Both the position numbers and the translations under genes were made by a program. Shown piece after piece: positions 35,610-48,296 of a stretch of 64,000 nt of DNA (positions are counted from its first letter, which is position 1; every line of letters starts with the position of its first letter). This DNA comes from Octopus sinensis. Taxonomy: Eukaryota. The DNA is taken from assembly GCF_006345805.1 (NCBI RefSeq), contig NC_043007.1, positions 8,742,001 through 8,806,000 on the forward strand, given 5' to 3'. The notes below the pieces were generated by a model. The model saw only the letters and a program-made list of their open reading frames with translations, made no database searches and was not told the DNA's origin.

Positions 35610-36751
35610 ACTTAGTGGATGGTGATGGCCGTAACTTATTTGACCGGAGTTATTCCTGATTCCGAAAATGGAAAGCTGGTAGAATCGTTAGCACATCGGA
35701 CAAAATGCTGAACGGCATTTCTTCCGGCTATATACTTTTTGAATTCATATCCTGTCGAAGCCAACTTTGCCTCCCTTTTTTCTAAGGATAGATAATATAA
35801 AGTACTAATCAATTACCCGGGCTCAATGTAATTGATTAAATCCCTATCTCTCGAATTGCTGGCCTTGTGTCTGAATTTAAAAGTTTCTTTATTCCGATCT
35901 CTCCAGTATTAGAGAGCTTGTAAAAAAGGCATGAACGCCACAACATCTGAGTATGAGATAAAACAAAAGTATTTTGGAATAAACTTATGCTTGGATGTAA
36001 AAGAAAATATTTCGAAAGAGTAATGCGAATTGTTTAAAAAGGTGTGTGTGTGTGTGTCTGCATGCGTGTGTGTGCATGCGTGTGTGCGCGAATGTGCGTG
36101 TGTGAATATGTGCTTACATGTGCGTGCATGTGTGCGTGCATATGTGTGTTAATGTGTGTATATCTGTGTGTGAGTGCCTGCGTGTGTTTGCGTGTGAGTG
36201 ATTGTATGTGCGTATGAGTGATTGTATGTGTGTATGATTGTGAGTGTCTATGTGCATCAGTGAGTGCGTATGTTCATGTCTGTGTATGCGAGTGCGTATG
36301 TGTGCGTGTGCGTCTGTGCGAGTGTGTATGTGTATGTGCGTGTGTGCTCAAGTGGTTGTGTATGCAAGCAAGTGTGTGTGTGTGTGTGTGTGCGCTCGAG
36401 TGGCTGTGTATGCATGCAAGTGTGTGTGTGTTTGTGTGTATAGCCAAGTATATAAGATAAGTCGATAATGTTTAATAGAGAAGCGGGAGCATTGTTAAGT
36501 CGTTAGGTTCAGCCGATGATTAAAAACATGAGCAACGACTGATTTTAAAAGCGCGATGGATGAAGAAATCCTGGAGAATTGGTCGTCCATAGATTTACAG
36601 TAATTTGGTTGTGCAGTTCGTTTGGCTATTTGTCAAGTCAAATTGATAAGTTTGCACTTAATCAGAGGCACTGATTTCTGTGTGTGTGTGTAAAACCGTG
36701 TATTTATGTATGTGTGTATGTGTATGTGCATTTGTGTGTGTGTGTTTGTGT

Positions 36752-36791
<40 letters not shown>

Positions 36792-37510
36792 TGTGTGAGT
36801 GTGTGAGTGTGTAGGTTGTGGCGTATTTCCTTTATCTCGTTCGAGATTTTGTAAACAGGAAAGGCACACGGAGATATAACAGCACTGTGCCGTGGATCTT
36901 GATAAAACCACTTTATCTTTGAACGGCTTTCAAATTCGAATTTATTTTGTGTTTTACACAAACACACATGCCCATACACATACGCACGTGCGCATGCGTA
37001 TATATATATATATATGTATATGTATATGGTGTGTATGTATATATATATGTATATATATATATATATGTATGTATATATATTATATATGTATATATATATA
37101 TGTAGATATATATGTAATATATATGTATTATATTATATGTATATATACTTATTATATATATATATATATGTATATAATATATATATATATATATATTATA
37201 TATATAATATATATATATATGTATGTATGATGTATATGTGTACGTGTTTATGTGTGAACTTACGTTGAATCATTAGGAATACGTAAACAAAATCCCGTAC
37301 GGGAAGTAAATTGTTGCATTGTTAGACAGATAAAGATAGTTTTACCTATAAATGTCCCTACGTAGCGTATAGGAAATGGAACATGTACAAGATTAAGTAT
37401 ACGTAAAGAGGTAGACGTACAAACACACGCAAAGGAATATGCATGCTTCCATACCTATACGTACATTATGTGTGTATTTACGTACGAACCTATGTATGTG
37501 TACTTGCATA

Positions 37511-37850
37511 AAAGGTAAAGAACCCCTTCGGTCATGAATGTCTATGGGATTGCACTTAGAATGTTCCTCGCCGAGGCACATGTCCGTGCAAGGTTGTTTG
37601 TGGAAGGCCAGCGTCGCCCATGCAAACCAGCCTCTGCTCCCCACGCTACCGATGATATCTAAGGGAAAGGCAAAGGGGCCGATACAGCTTGGTACCAGTG
37701 ACGTCACAACTCATTTCTACAGCTGAGTGAACTGGAGCAACGTGAAATAAAGTGCCTTGCTCAAGAACACAGCACATAGCCCAGTCCGGGAATCGAACTC
37801 ACTACCTCATGATTGGTGGACCTGATGGTCTAACCGCTGAGCCATGCGCA
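37511..37850 (-). mobile_element. SINE family C, full length
   Basis: Reverse complement homologous to 21656-21992. Confidence 0.85.
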
Positions 37851-37854
37851 TATA

Positions 37855-38419
37855 TTGGGTTGTCCGGAAAGTTCGTACCGATTTTTAAAGGAAAGAAAAA
37901 GGTCAATAAATACTTGCCATTACATTATCAATCAACCAAATATGAATCATGTTGCTGCACAATGCGTTTCCATCTTTCCTTTAACTTGAAAATACCCTCT
38001 TCCCAGAATTGAGATAGTTTCATGGCAAAGAATTCATCAAGGTATCTTTTTACGTCATCCAAGGAATTGAAATTTTTACCATTAAGACTATGCTGCAGAT
38101 ACCTGAATAAGGGAAAATCCGAAGAGCAATATCTGGTGAATATGGAGGGTGGGGTAACACATCCCAGCCGAGCTGCAGCAATTTTTGTCTGGTTCCCAAA
38201 GCATCAAGTGCCGCAAAAGAACTTTCCTATCTTCCATTTTAAAGGGTTACAGAATTAACACAGGTTATAGGAACATATACCTTCTTCCACGAAAAGATAG
38301 CTTAAACTGTGCTCAAAATGGAGGTGTAGTCAAATCCTATTTAATGGACTCAACCATGTTCTAAAATAAGTCGAAATGTAAGCTACTATAGATCGGCACA
38401 AACTTTCCAGACAACCCAA
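37855..38419 (-). mobile_element. Internally deleted mariner element
   Basis: TIRs ttgggttgtccggaaagtt / aaactttccagacaacccaa with TA flanks; minus strand reads LGWDVLPHPPYSPDIA..SLNGKNFNSLDDVKRYLDEFFA..FWEEGIFKLKERWKRIV. Confidence 0.92.
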
Positions 38420-38424
38420 TACTT

Positions 38425-38933
38425 ATTAGCACTATGACCCGGCGTTGCCGGGTCTAGTGCTAGTGCTTGTTGTTCGTTGCCGGGTCGCAGTAAAAATTTC
38501 TCACTAAATCAAGAGCTAAGTTTCTTATCACATTTCAGCCTGGGCCTGTTTTGTTGTTTATGAGCTAGTTGGAGCTTTTTATGAGAGTAATTAATAATCA
38601 TTGGACTTCACACCTGGAACGGCATAATCATAGAAATTTAGCGGGACTGTGCACATGCCATTAGTCGGACAAAAAAGGAGGCAGAAGAAAGCGAAAAACT
38701 CGAATTTGGCCGCAAAATAAATTATGGACATAAGGGGTCGGTTTATCGATTTTTTAATGGCTTTCTGGGGTGACTGGGAAATGAAAAGATCTTCACGACC
38801 ACCCTCAGACAGTTCTGAAAGCCCATAGAAAATGACAGCCTTTTACGTGAAAAACTGTGGATTTGTATAAAGGACACACAGACACACAGATACACAGATA
38901 CACAGACATTTTGCCGTTTCTAGATACAGAGAT
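38425..38933 (+). mobile_element. Helitron/HINE-like element, third family
   Basis: Perfect subterminal IR gacccggc-gtt-gccgggtc, 3' (CAGATACA)n microsatellite and ...agagat end. Confidence 0.65.
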
Positions 38934-39124
38934 TTTATTGACCCAGAAAGGAAGAAAAGCAAAGTCCGATGGCTGTTGAGCTCAGAACATAAAGAGCTGG
39001 AAGAACTGCTGTTAAGCCTTTTGTTAGGCGCGGTAATGATTCTGCCATCTTACCACCGTAATTAGCAATTTAAACATTAATTAGATTTTAACATTCGTAT
39101 CAACCCCTTCCATCACTAACTAAC

Positions 39125-39501
39125 CCCTCTCTCTTTCTCTCACGCTCTCAGCTATTTCATCTCTCTCTCTCCCTCTCCTTCCCTCTCGTTCTTTCTCACG
39201 CTCACGACTTGATTAATGTCCCCTGTTTCTCTCTTATAAATATCATCTTTTTTCTAAACTCTCTCTCCCCCCGTCTTTGTTTTTTTTTTTTCTTTTCTTT
39301 CTCTTTCTCCTTCTCGACTACCTCACTTCTCTTTCTCTTTTTCATGCTGCTGCATTCTGTCTCTCTCTTTCTTTCTCCTTCTCTCTCTCTCTCTCTCTCT
39401 CTCTCTTTCATAGTTATCTCTTTATCTTATAGTTCTTAGCTCTCTCTCTCACTCTTTCTCTCATATTGTTCTAACCTCTTTCTTTTTATAGTTTTTAGCT
39501 C

Positions 39502-39548
<47 letters not shown>

Positions 39549-39772
39549 TGCACACATAGTTCTTAACACTCTCTCTCCTCTCTCACATACATAGTTCGTA
39601 GCTCTCCCTTTTTCATAATTTTAAACTCTCTCTCTCTCTCTCTCTCTCTCATACTTCTTAGCTGTTTTTCTCAAAGGTTTTAGCTCCTTGTTTCTCATCA
39701 CCTACTTTTTCTCAGTCTCTCTCTCATCAGTTTTACTCCTTTTTCTCATCTCTCACCCTCGCTCTACTCTCT

Positions 39773-39821
<49 letters not shown>

Positions 39822-39970
39822 TTCTCCTATCTTAACACTCACACTTTCACGTCCTCCCAAATCTCACACTTGCTTCCGTTTTCTCTCATCCTCCCTCATT
39901 TCTCCATCCTCCCTCATTTTTCCATCCCCCCTCATTTCTCCATCCCCCCTCATTTCTCCATCCCCATCTT
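39125..39970. repeat. Polypyrimidine tract with cryptic minisatellites
   Basis: (CT)n blocks punctuated by atagtt(c/t)ttagc; 18-bp unit (t/c)ccctcatttctccatcc x4 near 39890-39962. Confidence 0.8.
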
Positions 39971-40791
39971 TTCTTCTCCCGACGAACGCTAATAACATTA
40001 TTTATTACAAAACGATCGTAAACAACTAATATTGAAAGAATCCCGACTCATTTACCGAAACCTTCTTTCTATGGTGTCTTAATTGGCATCAATCTCTCTC
40101 AAATTCTTCCCCACCTTATCTTTAACAATCTACACTCCTCACTTTCTCACACTTCAATTCTCTCCCTCTTTCTCTCTCCTCCATCTCTCCCTCTCTCTTA
40201 CTTTCTGCTTTTGCCTCGTCTTTTGTATTTAGTAGGGCAAAAATAATTAAAAATGCTTTGGTGGCGGGGAGCAAACAGCAGTAAATGTATTGTTTTCTCT
40301 TACCCATCTTTCATTAGTCTTAACCATTCCAGTCTAAACCTTCCCATTATAGTTCCATCTAGTCTTAGCCATTTCAGGAACAACAAAACGTGTCCGTCTT
40401 GGCTTTTATTTTCCATAAAAAATTTCATTATTTTAATTATTTTTTTTTTGTTTCAAAGATTTTATTTGGGAAATAAATCATTTTAACACCATCCCATCTT
40501 TCCAAGGTTGAAAGAAAAACAATTTTCATTATTTTACATTTTTTTTTTGGAAAAAAATTTCTTTGATCTCGATCCAAACTCTAACAAGGGGTTGTTTTAT
40601 GTAAGTGACTGGACCCATTAAAATTAGCAGCTAAATGACTCTGGAATCATACCCATTGTACACTACAGTATCAAAATGAGAAGAACACTCTAAATCTATC
40701 GAATTAAGGTGACTGTGTTTTCTATGATTCTCAGTTGCTGATCCTGTTTGCGCAGCACAACACACACACACAGCGTGTGTGTCTCTCTCTT

Positions 40792-40823
<32 letters not shown>

Positions 40824-40836
40824 TTCCCTCTCTCAT

Positions 40837-40883
<47 letters not shown>

Positions 40884-41049
40884 CTCTCACTCTCTCTCAC
40901 TCTCACTCCTTTCCAAAATTTCGGGCCTTGTGCCTACAGGAAGGAGAAAGAAAGCACACGCACACACACGCATACATACATACATACATACATACATACA
41001 TACATACATACATACATACATACATGCATACATACAGACAGACAAAGGT

Positions 41050-41623
41050 TGTGTGCCGTCTGTCTTTACGTTCTGAGTTCAAATTCGCCGAGGTCGACTT
41101 TGTCATTCATCTTTTCGGGGTCGATAAACTAAGTAACAGTTGCCTACTAGGGTCGATCGAATCGACTGGCCCACCTCCCCAAAATTTCGGCCCTTGTGCC
41201 TAGAGTAGAAAAGAATAATAATAATAAAGCAAGCTGGCAGAAACTTTAGCACGCCGGGCTGAATGCTTAGCGTTATTTCGTCCGCCGCTACGTTCTGAGT
41301 TCAAATTCCGCCGAGGTCGACTTTGCCTTTCATCCTTTCGGGGTCGATTAAATAAGTACCAGTTACGCACTGGGGTCGATATAATCGACTTAATCCGTTT
41401 GTCTGTCCTTGTTTGTCCCTTCTGTGTTTAGCCCCTTGTGAGTAGTAAAGAAATAGGTATTTCGTCTGTCATTATTGTTCTGAGTTCAAATTCTGCCGAG
41501 GTCGACTTTACCTTTCATCCTTCGGGGTCGATAAACTAAGTACCAGTTACGTACTGGGGTCGATCTAATGACTGATCTTCTCCCCACAAAATTTCGGGCC
41601 TGGTGCCTAGAGTAGAAAAGAAT
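41050..41623 (+). mobile_element. SINE-A units (short; then long + short multimer)
   Basis: Junction aaagaaata|ggtatttcgtctg at 41455/41456. Confidence 0.85.
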
Positions 41624-42033
41624 ATCATCATCATAGTAGTCGTCGTCATCGACGTCATCATCATCATCAGTATAAATACCACCACCACCACCATCAACAA
41701 CAACAACAACAACAAAAAAAACCATCAGCAGTAGCAGCAGCATCGCCATCATCATCATCATCATCATCATGATCGTCGTCATCGTTGTCGTCGTCGTCGT
41801 CATCGTCATCATCACCATCATCATCATCAACAACATCATCATCAACATCATTACTTCCACCTGTAATATAACAAACCCTCAGTAGCAGTTCACAATTGAA
41901 ACAATGACAAACAAATATCTGACATCTGTCATAGTTAAGTAGTGTGAACTTTGGCATTCGAAGGCTTGAACGGTTTAGTTGAAGTGGGTTAACGGATAGT
42001 GTCATAGAAGATAAATATGGTTGCACGTATAAT

Positions 42034-42082
<49 letters not shown>

Positions 42083-42419
42083 CATGTATGTGTGTGTGTG
42101 TGCATGTGTTTGTGTGTGTATTTATATATAATATATGTATGCCTTTTTCTTCTTGTAGTTTTGTTCGAGTGAAACAGATTTAATAATCGATGGCTGAAAC
42201 ATTTTTTTTCAAAATGAATGATTTTTTCCAGGATTTTCTTTTAAAGAAAATCTAAATTTTAGTCATCTGTAGGGGCACGAACTTACTCTAGACAAGTTTA
42301 CGAAAGACCGAATCCCTAGGGCGTAGGGATACTATAGAGAACAGAGTCACAGTTTCTCTAGACATGACGCTTGGTTTAAGCACAGGTTCAAACAGGACAT
42401 CCTACAAACCAAATGAAAC

Positions 42420-43240
42420 GCTGTTTGAGATAAACATGTATTTCTACCACTTGTCTATGGTACTTAAAATCCTAACGTTTGTCAGTAAGGTGATTTCGAA
42501 CCTATCCTCAAATAATATGTTTTTTAAGCAGCTTCCTGTCTCATGACAATGAGTCTCTGGCAGCCAGTTAGGTTACAAACCCAAAATCCACAAGAGAAAC
42601 TTCCACTGAGATGTTCTCTGGTTCCTTCCCAGTTTGTCACTCAACGTGAAAATTTGCATTGGAAGGGCTTTTCTTAGAACAGAAAATAAGCATTGCACAC
42701 AGAATCATATACGAAAATATGCAACAGGAACAAGCCTTTCATTCGTAATGAATGCCTATTATAGATAAAATGTTAGTGAGTACCCCTAGGCTTCGGACGG
42801 GTGCAGGTTGCTTATGTATGATTTTCAGTGAGTGTTCAGTGAATGATCAATATATCACAGAAGCAGCTGTCTACGAAGCAGCCCTGGTAATAACCAACAC
42901 CAGTGGAGCGACACACATATAGAAATATGTTGGGACAACAGAGGGTTCCTTTCAGGCCAGAATATAATTATCGCAACTCAACATTTATAATTCAAGAGAT
43001 TAGCAATGATACAACTTTAGGCAGCTACATATGGGGATTAAAAGAAAAAACAGCATAATTTAAAATCGGCTGAAGATTTGCTGCCTAATATTAACTGGAT
43101 CACATCTGAAAGGAAGTAGCCATTGCAAGCTTTGCTTGGTGGAAAGATCATTCTAAAAATTTCATCTAATGTGTTCAGAACACAAAAGTGAAATATTTGG
43201 TGACTGCATTCATGAGCGGAAAATTATTTGGAAACTTGGT
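42420..43240 (+). pseudogene. Highly decayed second Penelope-like element (RT thumb + GIY-YIG)
   Basis: Fragments read KVISNLSSN, AAVYEAALVITN, NDTTLGSYIWGLKEK and SEIFGDCIHERK, the layout of Penelope C-termini. Confidence 0.7.
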
Positions 43241-44045
43241 CGTTTCCAAATAACAACTGACATACATGCACACAGCTGACATGTTTCATCCTCTATTTAC
43301 TTACTATATGTCGTTCTGGTTATTTTCAACATCACAGAGCCAAAGATCTACATATACTTTCACCATAAAAAAGACCACGTGGTCCCAGTCAGCATGTCTG
43401 AACGGTCGTTAACGTTACTAAGTGTAATAAGCCGACGAGCTGGCAGAATCATTAGCCCGCCAGACAAAATGTTTAGCGACATTTCGTCCGTCTTTACTCT
43501 CTGAATTGAATGCATACGTTCACACACTCTTCACACATATTTATATGTATGTATATATGTATAATTTTTTGCAAGTTGATTTTGTCTCTTTGTCTTCTCT
43601 CCTAGTGCTGTATGAATATTTGATGTGATTTTAGAGTCAAGTTTTGACTGCTATATCTAGCATGATGGTATCTTTTAGATACCCTATTTATTTTACTTTA
43701 CTAATAATTGTTACTAATTATAATTTTACTAATAATTATTACTTATGAGGTTTTTATTCCCATGCTAGCCACTTGATACGATCGGTATTTTAAATAACGA
43801 TCTTATTCTTATTTATATGAATTTATGTATCTATGTATGTATACATGTACTTGTTACTAGCTATAATATATAACATAACTGGTCAGAATGGTGGCGTCAG
43901 TTTGGTAGCGACTTTACACATAATATTAATGATTTCCAATTTTTGCACACAGCCAGCAGCTTCGGGGGAGAACGCAAGTCAATTACATCGACACCAATGT
44001 TCAAATGGAACTTATTTTACAGACCCTGGTGGATTACACACACAC

Positions 44046-44080
<35 letters not shown>

Positions 44081-44233
44081 TGTATGTATGTATGTATGTA
44101 TGTATGTATGTATGTATGCATGTATGTATGTATTTATGTATGTATCTACATAAATATATATATATATGATTTTGATTTGATTTGATTTGATTTTCCAGTT
44201 TCAGCTAATGAGTTGTGGCCATGCTGGGGCACC

Positions 44234-44275
<42 letters not shown>

Positions 44276-44449
44276 ATAACATATATATATATACACGTGC
44301 ATATATAAGCATATATATATTCATACGTATCAACCTCTCTCTCTTTCTTTCTCTCTCTCTACATGCATACACACACGCGCGCGCGTATACATGGATGTAG
44401 GTGGGTATATATAAATAAATATATGCATACATGTATATACATATATTCA

Positions 44450-44497
<48 letters not shown>

Positions 44498-44537
44498 CAC
44501 AGATACACACACACACATATATATATATATAATATAT

Positions 44538-45050
44538 GTAGAAAAATACAAACTGGGACAAGAACGTAAAACATTTAGAAGACGATACAAAAAACACGGA
44601 CGGGACATTCGAAGCCTTCAATCTTCAGTCAAGAACCGGATCATCCTCGCAATTTCGGCTGATTAATCTTGAGATCACTCCGATCCGGCCAGCCCCAAGG
44701 AAATACTAATCTACGAGCATTAGATTTCTTGGAAAAAGGATCGAATGTATACGAAACAAGGACAGAAAAACGGACGATTCCACACGAGTATAAATACAAA
44801 AAACAATAATAGTAATAACAGGACAAAAACAGCGGGTGTCTTACGACTATAGACAGTACAACTTAGTTTAGCGGGCGTATTTGGAAAAAATGCCTTTTTC
44901 GGCAGACGAAGACAACGATGTTCTCGTGGCGCTGGTTAGAAGCCGAAAGGCTGGTTGACCAGCGGTCACGTGAGAGGAGAAGAGAGAGAAAAAAAGGGGG
45001 CAAAGGAATCACAGAGAGAGAGAAAAAGAGGGACGAAGGCACCACATACA
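44538..45050 (-). mobile_element. pLTR-like element abutting (TA)n
   Basis: Minus strand: gtcacgtg block, then cagcc-gaaa...ctgaaga, then T-rich end joining (TA)n. Confidence 0.5.
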
Positions 45051-45475
45051 TACATACATAAATATATGTACATGTGCATAAAAGCGAGTATGTGTTTCTG
45101 TGCATCTAATATTCAATATATATCACGATAGAAGCACGAAATTATCTGTAGAACCAACCACACATAAGAAAGCATACGCATACAAACATATAAACATATA
45201 GATACTACCAAAACATACATATACAACATATCCTTATACACGACGCTCAGTAAACATCTCTATAAAGATCCCGTTAAGTTATCGCCCAGACCCACCGGCA
45301 CTATTAACGCCACGATAAACTTCCGGTCGGAAATAGCTCTCCCAATTTTGAACGCTTTTCTCTTCTCTCTGGTTACTTTTCCCTCTGTCTCATTCTCCTT
45401 ACATTCGAGCATCTAATCGTGACAACTGTACTATTTCTATGCATTGCACATAGCCTATATCTATCTATCTATTAA

Positions 45476-45707
45476 AGGCGGCGAGCTGGCAGAAAAGTTA
45501 GCGCGCCGGGCGAAATGCTTAGCGGTATTTCCTCTGTCGTTACGTTGTGAGTTCAAATTCCGCCGAGGTCGACTTTGCCTTTCATCCTTTCGGGGTCGAT
45601 AAATTAAGTACCAGTTACCCACTGGGGTCGATGTGATCGACTTAATCCCTTTGTCTGTCCTTGTTTGTCCCCTCTATGTTTAGCCCCTTGTGGGTAGTAA
45701 AGAAATA
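45476..45707 (+). mobile_element. SINE A, full-length long tail, in a short TATC context
   Basis: Near-consensus copy; preceded by ctatatctatctatcta. Confidence 0.92.
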
Positions 45708-45810
45708 TATATCTATGTATGCATGTATGTATGTATGTATGTATGTATGTATCTATCTATCTATCTATTATCAATCAGGCCATCCCTCTATCTATCTGTG
45801 TGTGTATCTC

Positions 45811-45910
<100 letters not shown>

Positions 45911-46116
45911 TAAATGTACGTTATGTGTTTCGTTTGCAAGATTCTTGATGTGAAACCGTGTGTTGAAATAAATATTGTTATATTCCGGGATGGTATTTTA
46001 CTTTTTTTTTCGCCAAATAAACACATACATTACATTTTCGTTCAGAGTTATTATTTACATTATTTACAATATTTACATTTGACGAATATTTGTCATCATC
46101 TTGTTTGTTGTTATTT

Positions 46117-46158
46117 ACAACGTTTCGGCTGATATACCCTCCAGTCTTCATCAGGTGT
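46117..46158 (-). ncRNA. Minimal type-I hammerhead with intact CUGAUGA/GAAA core
   Basis: Minus strand: acac-ctgatga-a-gactg-gagggtatat-cagcc-gaaa-cg-tt-gta; one mismatch in stem II, short stem I. Confidence 0.7.
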
Positions 46159-46244
46159 CTTGAGGAAATTTCGAACATGGGTTCTCATTCTGAAGGTATT
46201 TTTCGATGTTATCATCATTATTATTACTATTATTACTATTATTA

Positions 46245-46307
<63 letters not shown>

Positions 46308-46580
46308 CATCAAGTGGCCAGCATGGAAATAAAAACCTTCAAAGGTAATAATCATTATTAAAATTATAACTTAGGGTATCTACGAGATACCACCATGCTG
46401 AAAATAGCAGTCAGGATCTGACTCTAAGACTACATTAAGTGTTCATATAGCATAAGGAGAGAAGACAAAAAGACAAAATAAATCTAGTAAAAAAATTACT
46501 GGATATATATATATATATATATATATATTAGTTATATTATTATATGATTGAACGCCAAGCATCCATTTCCAAGTGAGTTT

Positions 46581-46604
46581 ATCTATATATATAAAGACGA
46601 GAAT

Positions 46605-46641
<37 letters not shown>

Positions 46642-46710
46642 TATCTGTGTGACTGTGTGAATCCCTAAACCTCGAGAACTACCAACCGAATTCATTCAAA
46701 GTTTACATAT
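46581..46710 (-). mobile_element. HINE-like 3' end interrupted by SINE B
   Basis: atctatatatataaag...(TG)n, the reverse complement of the HINE terminal pattern. Confidence 0.5.
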
Positions 46711-47052
46711 GCACCTTGGGCAAGTGTCTTTTACTATAGCCTCGGGCCGACCAAAGCCTGGCGAGTGGATTTGGTAGATGGAAACTGAAAGAAGCCCGTC
46801 GTATATATGCATATATATGCGTGTGTGTGTTTGTGTGCCTGTGTTTGTGTTCCCCTAGCATTGCTTGACAACCGATGCTGGTGTGTTTACATCCCCGTTA
46901 CTTAGCGGTTCGGCAAAAGAGACCGATAGAATAAGTACTGGGCTTACAAAAGAATAAGTCCCGTGGTCGAGTTGCTCGATTAAAGGCGGTGCTCCAGCTT
47001 GGCCGCAGTCAAATGACTGAAACAAGTAAAAGAGTAAAAGAGTAAAAGAGAG
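46711..47052 (+). mobile_element. SINE B, 5'-truncated
   Basis: gcaccttgggcaagtgtc to (gtaaaaga)n tail. Confidence 0.88.
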
Positions 47053-47471
47053 TATGCCTTAAATACGGTCCGTGCAACGTCATTTTCAACTTCTTGCCTA
47101 ATGCAAGCCCACTGCAGTCTTTTATCTCTTACACTATTTCAGTATCACGTGTCAAAAGTGAAACAATAATATCTCTTTATTGCAATGTGTGATACTTTCG
47201 GTTTAATACTTTCACTATTATAGTGAAACTATTACCTCACATATATACATGCATACATACTAATTAGTCATAAACACTCTAACACTGCTACTAATAACTG
47301 TTGGCAACCCTTTCAGACCTGCCTTACATTCGAACCGGAATCTCAAAAACATTGTCCCCTTACATTTCATTCCCATTTCATTAACATGAAAAGCAAATGA
47401 AGCTTACTTCTCACGACGAGCCATTGGAAGATGGAACAGACATTAACCAGATGTATATATATATATACTGT

Positions 47472-47529
<58 letters not shown>

Positions 47530-47530
<1 letters not shown>

Positions 47531-47769
47531 GTAAATTGATCAAAATAAAAATAAAAATAAAAACATGAGGCGAAGGATTCAGCGGTACATATGTTTCGGG
47601 CCTTTATTAGACAGATTCATAACAAATCATAATGTATGTCTGTGGCCTTCATAATATACATTATGATTTGTTATGAATCTGTCTAATAAAGGCCCGAAAC
47701 ATATGTACCGCTGAATCCTTCGCCTCATGTTTTTATTTTTATTTTTATTTTTATTTTGATCAATTTACT
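47530..47769. repeat. Near-perfect 240-bp palindrome
   Basis: Arms 47530-47637 and 47656-47769 identical except one extra TTTTTA unit; 18-nt loop. Confidence 0.95.
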
Positions 47770-47907
47770 CCACCACCTACACCACCAAACGGTATACACA
47801 GGTGCTTATAATTATCAAGTACTCACCCCGAATTTCTACACTCAAACTATATATATATATATATATATATATACACAAACACGCATATGCATATATATAT
47901 AAATATA

Positions 47908-48084
47908 TATTTCTTTATTACCCACAAGGGGTACACACAGAGGGGATAAACAAGGACAGACAAATGGATGAAGTCGATTACATCGACCCCAGTGCGTAAC
48001 TGGTACTTAATTTACCGACCCCGAAAGAATGAAAAGCAAAGTCGACCTCGGCGGAATTTGAACTCAGAACGTAACGGCAGACGA
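47908..48084 (-). mobile_element. SINE A, 5'-truncated, in (TA)n
   Basis: Reverse complement of body and long tail. Confidence 0.85.
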
Positions 48085-48235
48085 TATATATATATTTATA
48101 TATATATATATAAATATATTTATATTAATATATATATATGTATTTATCTATATATGTGTTTGTGTGTATGCGCGTGCATGTGTGTGAATGCACGTGTGTG
48201 TGTGAGTATTTTGATAGAGTGTGTACCTGTGTGTA

Positions 48236-48296
<61 letters not shown>

